From assembly GCF_024298765.1 (NCBI RefSeq), contig NZ_CP101210.1: 64,000 bases of DNA. One strand, 5' to 3'. How positions within the stretch are numbered: the stretch's first letter is position 1; every line of letters starts with the position of its first letter. Position numbers and translations under genes: made by a program. This document shows positions 48,581 through 57,359 of the stretch, in pieces. This DNA comes from Escherichia coli (GTDB lineage: Bacteria > Pseudomonadota > Gammaproteobacteria > Enterobacterales > Enterobacteriaceae). The notes under the pieces were generated by a model. It made no database searches. It saw only the letters and a program-made list of their open reading frames with translations, and was not told where the DNA came from.

Positions 48581-49957
48581 TTACTGACTTTGTTCCACCT
48601 TCGTATCCAGTAAAATGACATAGCGATTCAACAACTGATTTAACCGGGTATCAATTTGCGTCAACAGCGTTGGCGAAACCTCTCCGGTCTGTTTTTGCTC
48701 TTCCAGTTGCCGAAGCAGTTCTTCCAGCGGCGGCTCCTTTAACGACTGCCGGATGCCGTACACCGCCGTTTTCAGTTCCGAACCGGTCAGATATCTCCCC
48801 TTACGTTCATCCAGTGCATCCAGCTGCGCCGACAGGCGCTGTAGCTGACTCTGCGCCTGAGCATAGCCATTCAGTGCCTCAGCAGACAGGGCGCTCAGCT
48901 CCCGCTGTTTGCGCCACTGCGCGTTCAGCGCCCTGACCTGAGGATTATCCGGCCACAGGGCATCAAGCTGGCGTAGCTGGCGATATCCCTGCTCCAGTGG
49001 CCAGCGGGCAGGCAATTTGTTTAACTGCTCCAGTTGCATCTGACTTGCCGCAATTGTTCTGTCCTGAGCCAGCAGCGCCTTATCCTTTACATCCAGCTTT
49101 GCCAGTTCGCCGCTCTCCAGCGACTGCGGCAACGGCATGACAGACAGTTGTATTCGCTGGATTAGCGCGTCCGGCTGATTAAGCTGCGACCAGCCCCATA
49201 ATCCTGTTCCGCCGAGACCGGCCATCACAACCATTCCGGCCATAAATATCGGCCATGTCCACTGCCGGGAGATTTCAGGGGATGGCACGGGTGGACTGGC
49301 ATCCTTATCGTTTTGCTGAACGGATCTGGTTGCAAAAACCGGCTGTGGACTTTCCTCTGACTTTTTCGGTTGATTCATTTCCCGGCGGGGTAATTCAGGG
49401 GGAGTGATAATGGTTTCCGCTCCCTGAGGCGCCAGCCGTTCCAGACGCAGAGCCGCATTGCGAAACTGCCCGGACAATACGTCCAGCTTCGTCATATGCC
49501 ACAGTTCACACTGTTGCAGCGTGGTTTCGATGGCGGAAAGATGCTGTACACAACGGTAGATCTGCGGCAGATCCTGATACTGAATATCCAGCGTTCTCAG
49601 TGCCTGCTGCATTTTTTCTGTGACCCAGTTGAGCAGTGATATTCTGGAATGTACCTGTACCGGCCAGAAGTCAGCCCAGCGCTGGAGCAGTATATCCAGT
49701 GAACCGAGTCCGTCTGCCATCCCTGCCAGCCCCTGCCGTCTGGTTATCGCCAGTACGTAACAGACCAGCGTCTGTAGTTCCACGCCATTTTGCCGGAACA
49801 GCGCGAGGCTGAGTTTTTCCACCTGACGCCAGTCCACATCCGGTCGGGCCGGGTGAGTCAGTTTACTCATTTCAGCCTGCAGTTCACCGGATTCCTTATA
49901 AGTACAAGGATCGCCGCCCATGACGAACTGGCTGATAAAATTCGCGTTACTTGCCAT
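48581..49957 (-). CDS. T6SS-associated ImpA_N-domain protein with central transmembrane segment (VasL/TagA-like)
   Basis: 458-aa ORF; N-terminal region similar in pattern to the ImpA_N domain of the tssA product; hydrophobic segment (WPIFMAGMVVMAGLGGTGLWGW); last gene of the T6SS block. Confidence 0.55.
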   Translation of the reverse strand: MASNANFISQFVMGGDPCTYKESGELQAEMSKLTHPARPDVDWRQVEKLSLALFRQNGVELQTLVCYVLAITRRQGLAGMADGLGSLDILLQRWADFWPVQVHSRISLLNWVTEKMQQALRTLDIQYQDLPQIYRCVQHLSAIETTLQQCELWHMTKLDVLSGQFRNAALRLERLAPQGAETIITPPELPRREMNQPKKSEESPQPVFATRSVQQNDKDASPPVPSPEISRQWTWPIFMAGMVVMAGLGGTGLWGWSQLNQPDALIQRIQLSVMPLPQSLESGELAKLDVKDKALLAQDRTIAASQMQLEQLNKLPARWPLEQGYRQLRQLDALWPDNPQVRALNAQWRKQRELSALSAEALNGYAQAQSQLQRLSAQLDALDERKGRYLTGSELKTAVYGIRQSLKEPPLEELLRQLEEQKQTGEVSPTLLTQIDTRLNQLLNRYVILLDTKVEQSQ

Positions 49958-50385
49958 CAGTACGCCCGCTCCTGCTGTTTGAGATGACGCAGAACAATTC
50001 GTCCTTCCGGAGAAAATACGCCATCAAAGCGTATCCAGCCGGTATCGGGAAGCTGCGCGTGGATCAGGTAATTAAGATGCCCCGGACGGGGCTGGGGGAG
50101 TAATTCCACCTGTATCTGACTCAGGCGTGGTTCATAACGCAGCAGTGTTTCTTCAATCTGACGCATCAGGCCATGAATACCCGCAGCCATCCCCTGATGG
50201 ATCAGACTGAGATCCGGCAGACCGTAATCCGGCAAATGCGCCAGCGTGCCTGCCCGGCAGTTGATAATGCGTTGCATATTGTCCATCACGGAAAGGATAA
50301 GCTGATCCCGCTCGCTGACCTGTTCCAGCGGTAACTCGCCGCTGAAACTGAACGTCAGCATTTCATATAAGGAAGGTGTCGACAT
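49957..50385 (-). CDS. tssE: T6SS baseplate subunit TssE (gp25-like)
   Basis: 142-aa ORF, size and sequence pattern of gp25/TssE; sits between the tssJ and VasL-like genes. Confidence 0.7.
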   Translation of the reverse strand: MSTPSLYEMLTFSFSGELPLEQVSERDQLILSVMDNMQRIINCRAGTLAHLPDYGLPDLSLIHQGMAAGIHGLMRQIEETLLRYEPRLSQIQVELLPQPRPGHLNYLIHAQLPDTGWIRFDGVFSPEGRIVLRHLKQQERAY

Positions 50386-50388
50386 CGG

Positions 50389-50925
50389 TTATTTATCCTT
50401 GAGAGGCAGCAGTCGCAGGTCGCTTCTCATCAGTTCAATCGAGCGCGGCTTGTCGGCCTCCAGTTCGTCCCTTTTGATCACCAGACGCCAGCTGTCGCTT
50501 TTTTCATCAGGGTGATAAAACTGCCCAATAATGGCGACAAACTGCGTCTCTTTATCCAGCGGCACATTCAGGGATGCCGTGCCTTCCGGTTTTACCCAGA
50601 CGGTGTGTTTTGCCAGTACGTCCTTCTCCAGCGTCTTCTCTTCCTGCATAAACAGGGTGTCGTAATCCGCCTTGTCAAAATCTTCGCGGGTTTTCAGTTG
50701 CCAGACATGCACCATCGTGGAAAGCGGCGTATCTTCCGCATCCGTATTCAGGGCGCTGCGGGAGAAGAAATCGAGATGCAGTATTTTGATTTGTTTGTAG
50801 AAAACGGCTGAGGCCACGCTTTTCGATTCATCCACCACTTTCTGAATCAGCCCGCAGCCACTCAGAACAACCGTCAGCATCGCCATACAGAGCAACGCCG
50901 GACGTTTAAAACGAATAGGAAACAT
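50389..50925 (-). CDS. tssJ: T6SS outer-membrane lipoprotein TssJ
   Basis: 178-aa ORF with signal peptide and lipobox (VVLSGCG); position after tssG. Confidence 0.7.
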   Translation of the reverse strand: MFPIRFKRPALLCMAMLTVVLSGCGLIQKVVDESKSVASAVFYKQIKILHLDFFSRSALNTDAEDTPLSTMVHVWQLKTREDFDKADYDTLFMQEEKTLEKDVLAKHTVWVKPEGTASLNVPLDKETQFVAIIGQFYHPDEKSDSWRLVIKRDELEADKPRSIELMRSDLRLLPLKDK

Positions 50926-51994
50926 GAGTCATACTCTCCCTGTTACGAATGGAAAAAGCGGGTATTAATCCCTGATAACGCCCCAGACTGACCGTCACTG
51001 TTCCGGTCGCGGGCGCGGCAAAGGAGGCGCGAAGGATGCCGGTACGGCTAATCTGTACACGCTGTTTTCCCAGCCGGGCAGCAGGCAACAGGCTGACGGG
51101 CAGCGTCAGTTGCAGACGGGCCTGACAGCGCCAGCCCAGATAAACGCGCAGCAGCACCAGCAAATCGCTGTGCAGTTGCCCGCCGGGCAGCCAGCCACGC
51201 GCTTCTGCGGCATCTTCGGTATACAGTTTCAGCAGCAACTGGCTGTTGACGTCGGTACCGGTACGCCCCAGCAGCGTTCGCGTTTTCAGGCTGATGCGTG
51301 AATTTTTTGACAGACCCGCAGGGGCCGGGAGAATTACAGGCTGCGGATCATGAGGCACCACCGTCGCTTTCGTCAGCGGGGCAAGCAGTCCCACCAGTGC
51401 CGTAACGCCTTCCGCCGTGCGCGTCGGCAGGCGCATCACGCTGAGCAGGGCCAGAAAACGGGATACCGGCGTGGCGATATGGTTCTCGCTGCCGGGAATA
51501 CCCAGCCCGATGAGTCCCAGCAGACAACGGGAAATGTCATCCACGGCACCTGCTTCAAACGACGCCGGGTAGTTATATTTGCGCCAGATGCGGTAATACT
51601 GGGTGATAAAGCGGTGGTTAAAAATATCGAGAAACGCCATCACTGCGTCATGTCCGTCATGACGCTGGGTAATGTAGTCCAGATAGGCGGTTGGCAGCGG
51701 CGAATCCACGCCGTACAGGCCGAGAAAGGTGGTGCGCACCGTGGGCGGCGCGTCGGGATTGCCCACGTCACGTTCAACGTTCTTTAACTCGCTGACCGGA
51801 AAGCCCATTCCGGGATGGGGACGAAAGCGCACCGCATCGGCGGCGGGGCTGTCGGTACTGCCCAGCGGCGCGTTCTGCTGGCTCTGTTCCAGCAACTGGC
51901 AAAAACGGTAAAAATTGATCCGCGCAATATCCGGGGCCAGCCGGTCGGTCAGCCCGGTACGCGCTGGCTGTGATGCTCTGTCCATTGCAGGCAC
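50906..51994 (-). CDS. tssG: T6SS baseplate subunit TssG
   Basis: 362-aa ORF immediately downstream of and overlapping tssF; TssG-like N-terminal region (INFYRFCQLLEQ). Confidence 0.7.
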   Translation of the reverse strand: MPAMDRASQPARTGLTDRLAPDIARINFYRFCQLLEQSQQNAPLGSTDSPAADAVRFRPHPGMGFPVSELKNVERDVGNPDAPPTVRTTFLGLYGVDSPLPTAYLDYITQRHDGHDAVMAFLDIFNHRFITQYYRIWRKYNYPASFEAGAVDDISRCLLGLIGLGIPGSENHIATPVSRFLALLSVMRLPTRTAEGVTALVGLLAPLTKATVVPHDPQPVILPAPAGLSKNSRISLKTRTLLGRTGTDVNSQLLLKLYTEDAAEARGWLPGGQLHSDLLVLLRVYLGWRCQARLQLTLPVSLLPAARLGKQRVQISRTGILRASFAAPATGTVTVSLGRYQGLIPAFSIRNRESMTHVSYSF

Positions 51995-53709
51995 TTTCCT
52001 GTGGGTTGCAGAATTAAGGTCAGTTGAGTGAATAAGTGGATATCGGCATACAGTGCGAAAAAGCGGTGCAGCAGTTCACCAAACAGCGTGATATCACCTT
52101 CTCCGGCAAAGCCGTTACTGTCCAGCGTCACCTGAATATCCACGCCACGCAGCAGAAAGCCTCTTTCAAAACGCTGTATCAGGCTGTGCTGAACGTCGAC
52201 AATCGCCTCCAGACGACGGCGGTTCATCTCACTTTCGGTCCAGTCGTACAGTGCCAGCGTGCCGCGCAGAATTTCGGCGTTATCCATCATCGATAAAAAG
52301 TTAGAACCAAGGTGACTGAGCACCCGCCAGTGGAAGCGGTCACGCGCAGGGGGATAGCAGGGCTGCGTCGGAGCGCACAGGTTGCGCACCCGCAGGACGT
52401 TCTGTGAGGCATGAACTGGCGTATCGAGCAGCGTGCTCTGTAAAGCCTTACGGGGAAGCTGCCCGTTAGTACCGGTCAGGCTTAAAGAGAGCGTTTCATC
52501 CTCCAGCATCCGGTCAGTATCAAACGCATCGCCGCCCAGAATCAGCCAGGTGTCATGCAGGCCGGAAGGGCCGCGCTTTACCCGCGTGTGGTAATAGCGT
52601 TCCGGCGCATCGTGGCGCAGCATCCCGCCCCGGTGACGAAAGCTGGAGAAGGGGACATACGCCTGACTGCCGGTATGGCGCGAAGAAATAATGTTGTCGA
52701 CGGAATAAATCTCGGTATGCCCGTCCTGAATGCGCATCGGGCGCAGCAGAAATTCGTTTTCCAGTGGCGAAAGGTGTAACGGATCGGCTTCGAGCGGGAA
52801 CAGGTTGATGACCGGCACGCAGTGCAGACGGATATTATCGCTGTCAAACGGCAGGTCGTGAGGCCAGTTCTCGTTCAGCACCACGTCAATCTCAAAGCCG
52901 GTTATCCCCTCCGGCCATGCAACCTGCTCCAGCCCGTTCAGCGCCACGAACATAAACTTCTCGCGGAAGGTGAAATACTCCAGCAGCAACTGGTAACCGC
53001 TGAAGGCTGACTCACCTTTTGGCCAGAGCCTGTCATCATCCTCAAAGCCCATCGGGGAAAAGTGTGCGCCAAGCATCCGGCGATCCTGCCCCGGCAGACG
53101 CAGCCAGAACTGCTGCGTGCCAAGCGTTAAAGCCCGGTGCAACGCACAGGCTACCGGGCTGTCGGCATTGAGATAGAGCAGCAGGCGGGATAAATCGATC
53201 TGCGACCAGTCACCAACCAGCGGGCCGCACGCAAAGCGCAGACGGATAACCGAGCGTCCGTCCGGTTCATATTGCAATGACACGTCCGGCAACGCCAGCG
53301 GATGCAGCGTGATATCACGCGTGGCACTGTAGACGCAGCGGGTTCTGCGCTCGCCAACAGGGCGCGACAATACCTGAAAATCGCTCAGCGTTTCGCTCTG
53401 CTTCATCTGCCGGTGATCTGTCGACAGTTCAACCACGGAAAGTGACGGGATGGTTCGCAGGTAGTGGGGCCACAGCAGGCTGACCAGCCCTTCAGTCAGT
53501 TCCGGCAGATCGTCGTCCAGCTTTTCGCGCAGGCGGCCCATTAAAAAAGCGAAGCCTTCGAACAGGCGCTCCACATAGGGATCGCGTGCGCCGGGTTTAT
53601 CAAGATTGAGCATCGCGGCGCGGTCGGGGTAAGCCTGCGCAAATTCTTTCCCCGCTTCACGCAGGTAGCGCATTTCGGCTTCGTAGTAGCGTTGGGTTAG
53701 ATCGTCCAT
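51949..53709 (-). CDS. tssF: T6SS baseplate subunit TssF (start placed at internal MDDLTQ Met; track start is 53748)
   Basis: About 586 aa; N-terminus MDDLTQRYYEAEMRYLREAGKEFAQAYPDRAAML is TssF-like; GGAAG upstream of this ATG. Confidence 0.75.
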   Translation of the reverse strand: MDDLTQRYYEAEMRYLREAGKEFAQAYPDRAAMLNLDKPGARDPYVERLFEGFAFLMGRLREKLDDDLPELTEGLVSLLWPHYLRTIPSLSVVELSTDHRQMKQSETLSDFQVLSRPVGERRTRCVYSATRDITLHPLALPDVSLQYEPDGRSVIRLRFACGPLVGDWSQIDLSRLLLYLNADSPVACALHRALTLGTQQFWLRLPGQDRRMLGAHFSPMGFEDDDRLWPKGESAFSGYQLLLEYFTFREKFMFVALNGLEQVAWPEGITGFEIDVVLNENWPHDLPFDSDNIRLHCVPVINLFPLEADPLHLSPLENEFLLRPMRIQDGHTEIYSVDNIISSRHTGSQAYVPFSSFRHRGGMLRHDAPERYYHTRVKRGPSGLHDTWLILGGDAFDTDRMLEDETLSLSLTGTNGQLPRKALQSTLLDTPVHASQNVLRVRNLCAPTQPCYPPARDRFHWRVLSHLGSNFLSMMDNAEILRGTLALYDWTESEMNRRRLEAIVDVQHSLIQRFERGFLLRGVDIQVTLDSNGFAGEGDITLFGELLHRFFALYADIHLFTQLTLILQPTGKCLQWTEHHSQRVPG

Positions 53710-53918
53710 CGGAGGGATTATCTTCCTTTCATTGAAAGTGAATATCATGCAGGTGTAGAAGTAACATCATAGTTAAATTTATTCTATGTGAATATATTAT
53801 GGATAGTTGCTGACTTATTGATTTTAATAATGATGTATTCTTGTCTTTTCTGAACCAAATTAAATTTACCTTACATAATAGGCAATAATTAATAATTGTG
53901 AACGAATAACTTAAAACA

Positions 53919-54344
53919 TCACGGGCAAATTTCCTGACTGTCGATTATATATCTTATAACTCCGTATTTTCTGTCGTCTTTTGTTGAAATATCTCGTGAT
54001 AATCTAATTAAGTCATTCTTCCCAAATTTTTTTTCGCGCCCTGACAATGAAATGGTGAATGGATAATCCAATTCACCGCGGCTATCTTTATATATCATGA
54101 ATGCCCCCTCATATTTAAAACCATAATCAATATCTGCCGTGGGAAAATATACTAATACATCACTATCACCAACTGGCAAGTGTATATTATGCTGATAAAT
54201 CAGCGTAGAACCGGAAACATATCCCTGAATAAAGACATCGATATCTGAGGAGCATCTATTCTCAATCCTGACTATATTGGAATACTCTTTTTGTGAAGTA
54301 CACCCACTCAAAAAAAACAATAAAAAAACAATTATTCTAATCAT
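53919..54344 (-). CDS. Small lipoprotein, candidate cognate immunity protein for the upstream PAAR toxin
   Basis: 141-aa ORF with lipobox (FFLSGCTS); overlaps the toxin stop by 8 nt; AT-rich. Confidence 0.6.
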   Translation of the reverse strand: MIRIIVFLLFFLSGCTSQKEYSNIVRIENRCSSDIDVFIQGYVSGSTLIYQHNIHLPVGDSDVLVYFPTADIDYGFKYEGAFMIYKDSRGELDYPFTISLSGREKKFGKNDLIRLSRDISTKDDRKYGVIRYIIDSQEICP

Positions 54345-55749
54345 TAAAACTCACCCTGCTCAACCAGATCAATGCCTGAACATCTTCATCTGCCGCGACC
54401 AATCTCTTATATCTATCAGGTGCATAGCTATCTGCATATTTCATTATATCAATCTCTCCTGAAGATGGCATTGGAGTATTAGGGATGGTACTTTGACCCC
54501 GCGTGGATGTCCCCTTATGTGTCCATGATTCAGAACCATATTTATCCATAACTTTATGTCCCATCTCATGAGCACTATCCCATTTATATCTTTCATTACT
54601 ATATAGAAGAGCCTTTATTTCATCCTTGCTGTTATTATAATAGCCACCATAGTTATGGTATATTTTTTCAAACCCCAAAAGACTTACCGACGACTGCATA
54701 TCTGGATCTAACGATGATATCAAATCAAAAGTTCGCATAGATGGAGTAATATTTATCTCAGCCTTTACATTTACTTTAAAAACCCCAATCGCTGTAACGA
54801 TATTACCACCAATTCCCCCGCCGCGACTTCCATTTCGTGACCAGTAAAACTCCACGCCATTTTTAGTAAGACTAACTAAATCGCTATAAGGTATTGGCGA
54901 TAACTCAGGGTTACTGCCTTTTGTACCGCTATCCTTAACAGATAATCTCCATGTTATATCGACCACTTTATTATTTCTGTCAACTTTTACATCAACCCAC
55001 TCTTCTTCTTTCGCAGCATTTTTCAATGGATAATCAACTTTTATCATCATATCACCACATAAAGCAATCAGTCTTACGAGTAGTGATTTGCTTTTTATCT
55101 TAGTTGTATCCAGTATGCCTTGATTACTGTAACCATCCCATTGCCAGGCATGCTCTCCCTTATCACAATATTTACCGGTCTGCCGTTCACTATAAATCAC
55201 TTCATTACCATCAAGCACTTCCAGAGAAAGCGCTTCAGCCTCATCGCCTTTATTTGTGATAGTAAAATCTATTTTTTCTGTATTCTTCGTACTACCACCG
55301 CTTATCATTTCTTTATAATCAGGTATATTCAGTGGCGTCAGTATCTTATTACCTGATAATTTAATTCTGTAATCCAGTTTTACATCATCAGAGGATGAAT
55401 CAGAACCAGAAGTCAGATCCTTTTTCGCCGACTGCGCATGTTGTTCCGCTTCACTTCCCCCGTCATCCACCTCATAGGTATCATCCATCATCGACGCAAT
55501 AAACCGCGCCTTACACGGGCAACTGCTCTGGCTATCCAGCGTCCCCGCCATCAGCCTGCCGTGAATATCTGTTTCAGGAACGCCGCCCACAATAATAAAC
55601 ATTCCCGGATATCTGCCGCAGGTGACCCGGTCCATATCCCGTGCCTGCGGGATACCCATGATCGTATGGTCGTCCGCGCCTTCAATAATTTTGCCGCCGC
55701 AGGTAGTCTTATCGCCCCTGACCAGGAAGTAGCCTGTTCCCATTGCCAT
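54337..55749 (-). CDS. PAAR-like domain T6SS effector with C-terminal HExxH (zincin-type metallopeptidase-like) domain
   Basis: 470-aa ORF; N-terminal PAAR-like region (GTGYFLVRGDKTTCGGKII ... CPCKARFIAS); C-terminal AHEMGHKVMD motif; start ATG overlaps the tssA stop (TGATG). Confidence 0.65.
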   Translation of the reverse strand: MAMGTGYFLVRGDKTTCGGKIIEGADDHTIMGIPQARDMDRVTCGRYPGMFIIVGGVPETDIHGRLMAGTLDSQSSCPCKARFIASMMDDTYEVDDGGSEAEQHAQSAKKDLTSGSDSSSDDVKLDYRIKLSGNKILTPLNIPDYKEMISGGSTKNTEKIDFTITNKGDEAEALSLEVLDGNEVIYSERQTGKYCDKGEHAWQWDGYSNQGILDTTKIKSKSLLVRLIALCGDMMIKVDYPLKNAAKEEEWVDVKVDRNNKVVDITWRLSVKDSGTKGSNPELSPIPYSDLVSLTKNGVEFYWSRNGSRGGGIGGNIVTAIGVFKVNVKAEINITPSMRTFDLISSLDPDMQSSVSLLGFEKIYHNYGGYYNNSKDEIKALLYSNERYKWDSAHEMGHKVMDKYGSESWTHKGTSTRGQSTIPNTPMPSSGEIDIMKYADSYAPDRYKRLVAADEDVQALIWLSRVSFND

Positions 55750-57359
55750 CAGTCCTTATGTTGCGTATCACACAATACCGCTGCCCGCACCGGATTGATT
55801 GCCACCAGTGTACCCAGCAGGGCATCCATTTTTCGGTTCAGCAGGGCTTTATCCGCATAGCGGTGCGCCCGCAGACGCAGCAGTTTCAGCTGTCGGGCTT
55901 TTACTTCAAACAGCAGTTCTGGCTCCCACTGCGTCAGCGTTATTCCCTGTGCGGCTGTATCCAGTTCTTCCAGCAGCAGGAGCGCCATCTCGTTTTTACC
56001 GTACTGTTCCGCCACCCGCGCCATCAGCAGTCGCAATAGCAGGCGCTGTCGTGCCGTGGTGATGCCCGGACGGGTCTGTATCCAGCCCAGCGCCGCTTCC
56101 ACGCCCTGACTGTCTGCTATCTCCAGCGCTTCCGGCTCCAGCGCCAGTACGTCGTTTGTGGCGTCGTCTGTCGGTACAGCGGCTTTCCCCGCAAGCCATG
56201 CGCCGTCTTCCCGCATCATGACCTGCTGCGCTATCCAGTTGCGCGTCACCTCGTCGGCGAACGGCGTGCCGTCGTTCCATGCCAGATTTTCCAGCCCCGG
56301 CAGGCGCTCCAGCAGCAGCGCCAGGTCCTGACGGATAACCGCTGTCCATCTGTCCCACGGTGCGCCCGCCTTGGCCAGCGCCTGATGCAGATACCACTGG
56401 ATATCCAGCCAGAAATGGCTGACGCCGGAGCTGAACATCAGGTCGGCCTGCTCCAGCAGTTCCGTCCAGTTCTGCTGAGCATACAGCCGCTTAAGCTGGT
56501 TGCGTGATTCTGTGCGCGGCGGGGCCAGCCGGGTTTTTCCGTCCACATCCGGCGGCAGTTCATGCACCGTGTCCCAGCGCAGGGTTTTCATCAGCCGGTG
56601 TGCTGAAAGCCAGCCCTGCGGCTGTTCGTTCAGATAACGGGCCAGCACTTTCGCCTGGTCGAGCAGGTCGCGCCCGGAAGTGATGGTCTGTACCTGTGGC
56701 GCATCCACCGGGGAAGACGGTGCCGGAACGCCGCTGCTGTTCTGCGGCACCACCGCGTTCATCCCACCCGACTGCGCCAGACGTGATTCCAGCGCGTTAA
56801 TCAGCGGCATCAGGGAGGGGGAATGCTGGTCTTCGGGCCATGCAGTGAAGGAAACCGTCAGTTGATTAAGAGCGGCAACAATGTTCGCAAAATCCTCTTT
56901 TGCCACTTCCGGGTAGCGGGCAAGGCTGTCGAGCATCTTTTCCCCTGCCAGCCACTCCAGCGCCATTTTTCGGCTTGCCGGGCGCGAGGGCAGCAGTTGC
57001 GCACCGAAGCGTTCCACCAGTCCGGCTAACAGCGCCAGCCCCTCAGCCAGTCCGCGTTCGCCATCGCGGTGCAGTCGCGCCCAGATATAGTAAGTGGCGA
57101 TGCGCACGTCTTTTGCCTGCGTCAGCAGCAGGGATTCGGCAAGCTGGCAGATAAGGTCCGTATCCGCGCCGGAAAGTTTGTTCATCTCGTCGCGGATACG
57201 CAGGAAATCGTCGTGGTAGCCGGGGTCTTCCCCGACCGGCGTATCTGCCGTCACCGGCAGCAGCCATGTCTGCCACAGCGCCGCCTGTGTTCGCGCCGAG
57301 TCCAGTGCGTCCCGGTCGGCAAAACAGCTACGGGTCAGCTTTTGCAACAGTTCACTCAT
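55749..57359 (-). CDS. tssA: T6SS protein TssA (ImpA family); start placed at MSELLQKL just after the tssM stop
   Basis: About 536-aa ORF with ImpA_N-type N-terminal region (PVGEDPGYHDDFLRIRDEMNKL); follows tssM. Confidence 0.7.
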   Translation of the reverse strand: MSELLQKLTRSCFADRDALDSARTQAALWQTWLLPVTADTPVGEDPGYHDDFLRIRDEMNKLSGADTDLICQLAESLLLTQAKDVRIATYYIWARLHRDGERGLAEGLALLAGLVERFGAQLLPSRPASRKMALEWLAGEKMLDSLARYPEVAKEDFANIVAALNQLTVSFTAWPEDQHSPSLMPLINALESRLAQSGGMNAVVPQNSSGVPAPSSPVDAPQVQTITSGRDLLDQAKVLARYLNEQPQGWLSAHRLMKTLRWDTVHELPPDVDGKTRLAPPRTESRNQLKRLYAQQNWTELLEQADLMFSSGVSHFWLDIQWYLHQALAKAGAPWDRWTAVIRQDLALLLERLPGLENLAWNDGTPFADEVTRNWIAQQVMMREDGAWLAGKAAVPTDDATNDVLALEPEALEIADSQGVEAALGWIQTRPGITTARQRLLLRLLMARVAEQYGKNEMALLLLEELDTAAQGITLTQWEPELLFEVKARQLKLLRLRAHRYADKALLNRKMDALLGTLVAINPVRAAVLCDTQHKD

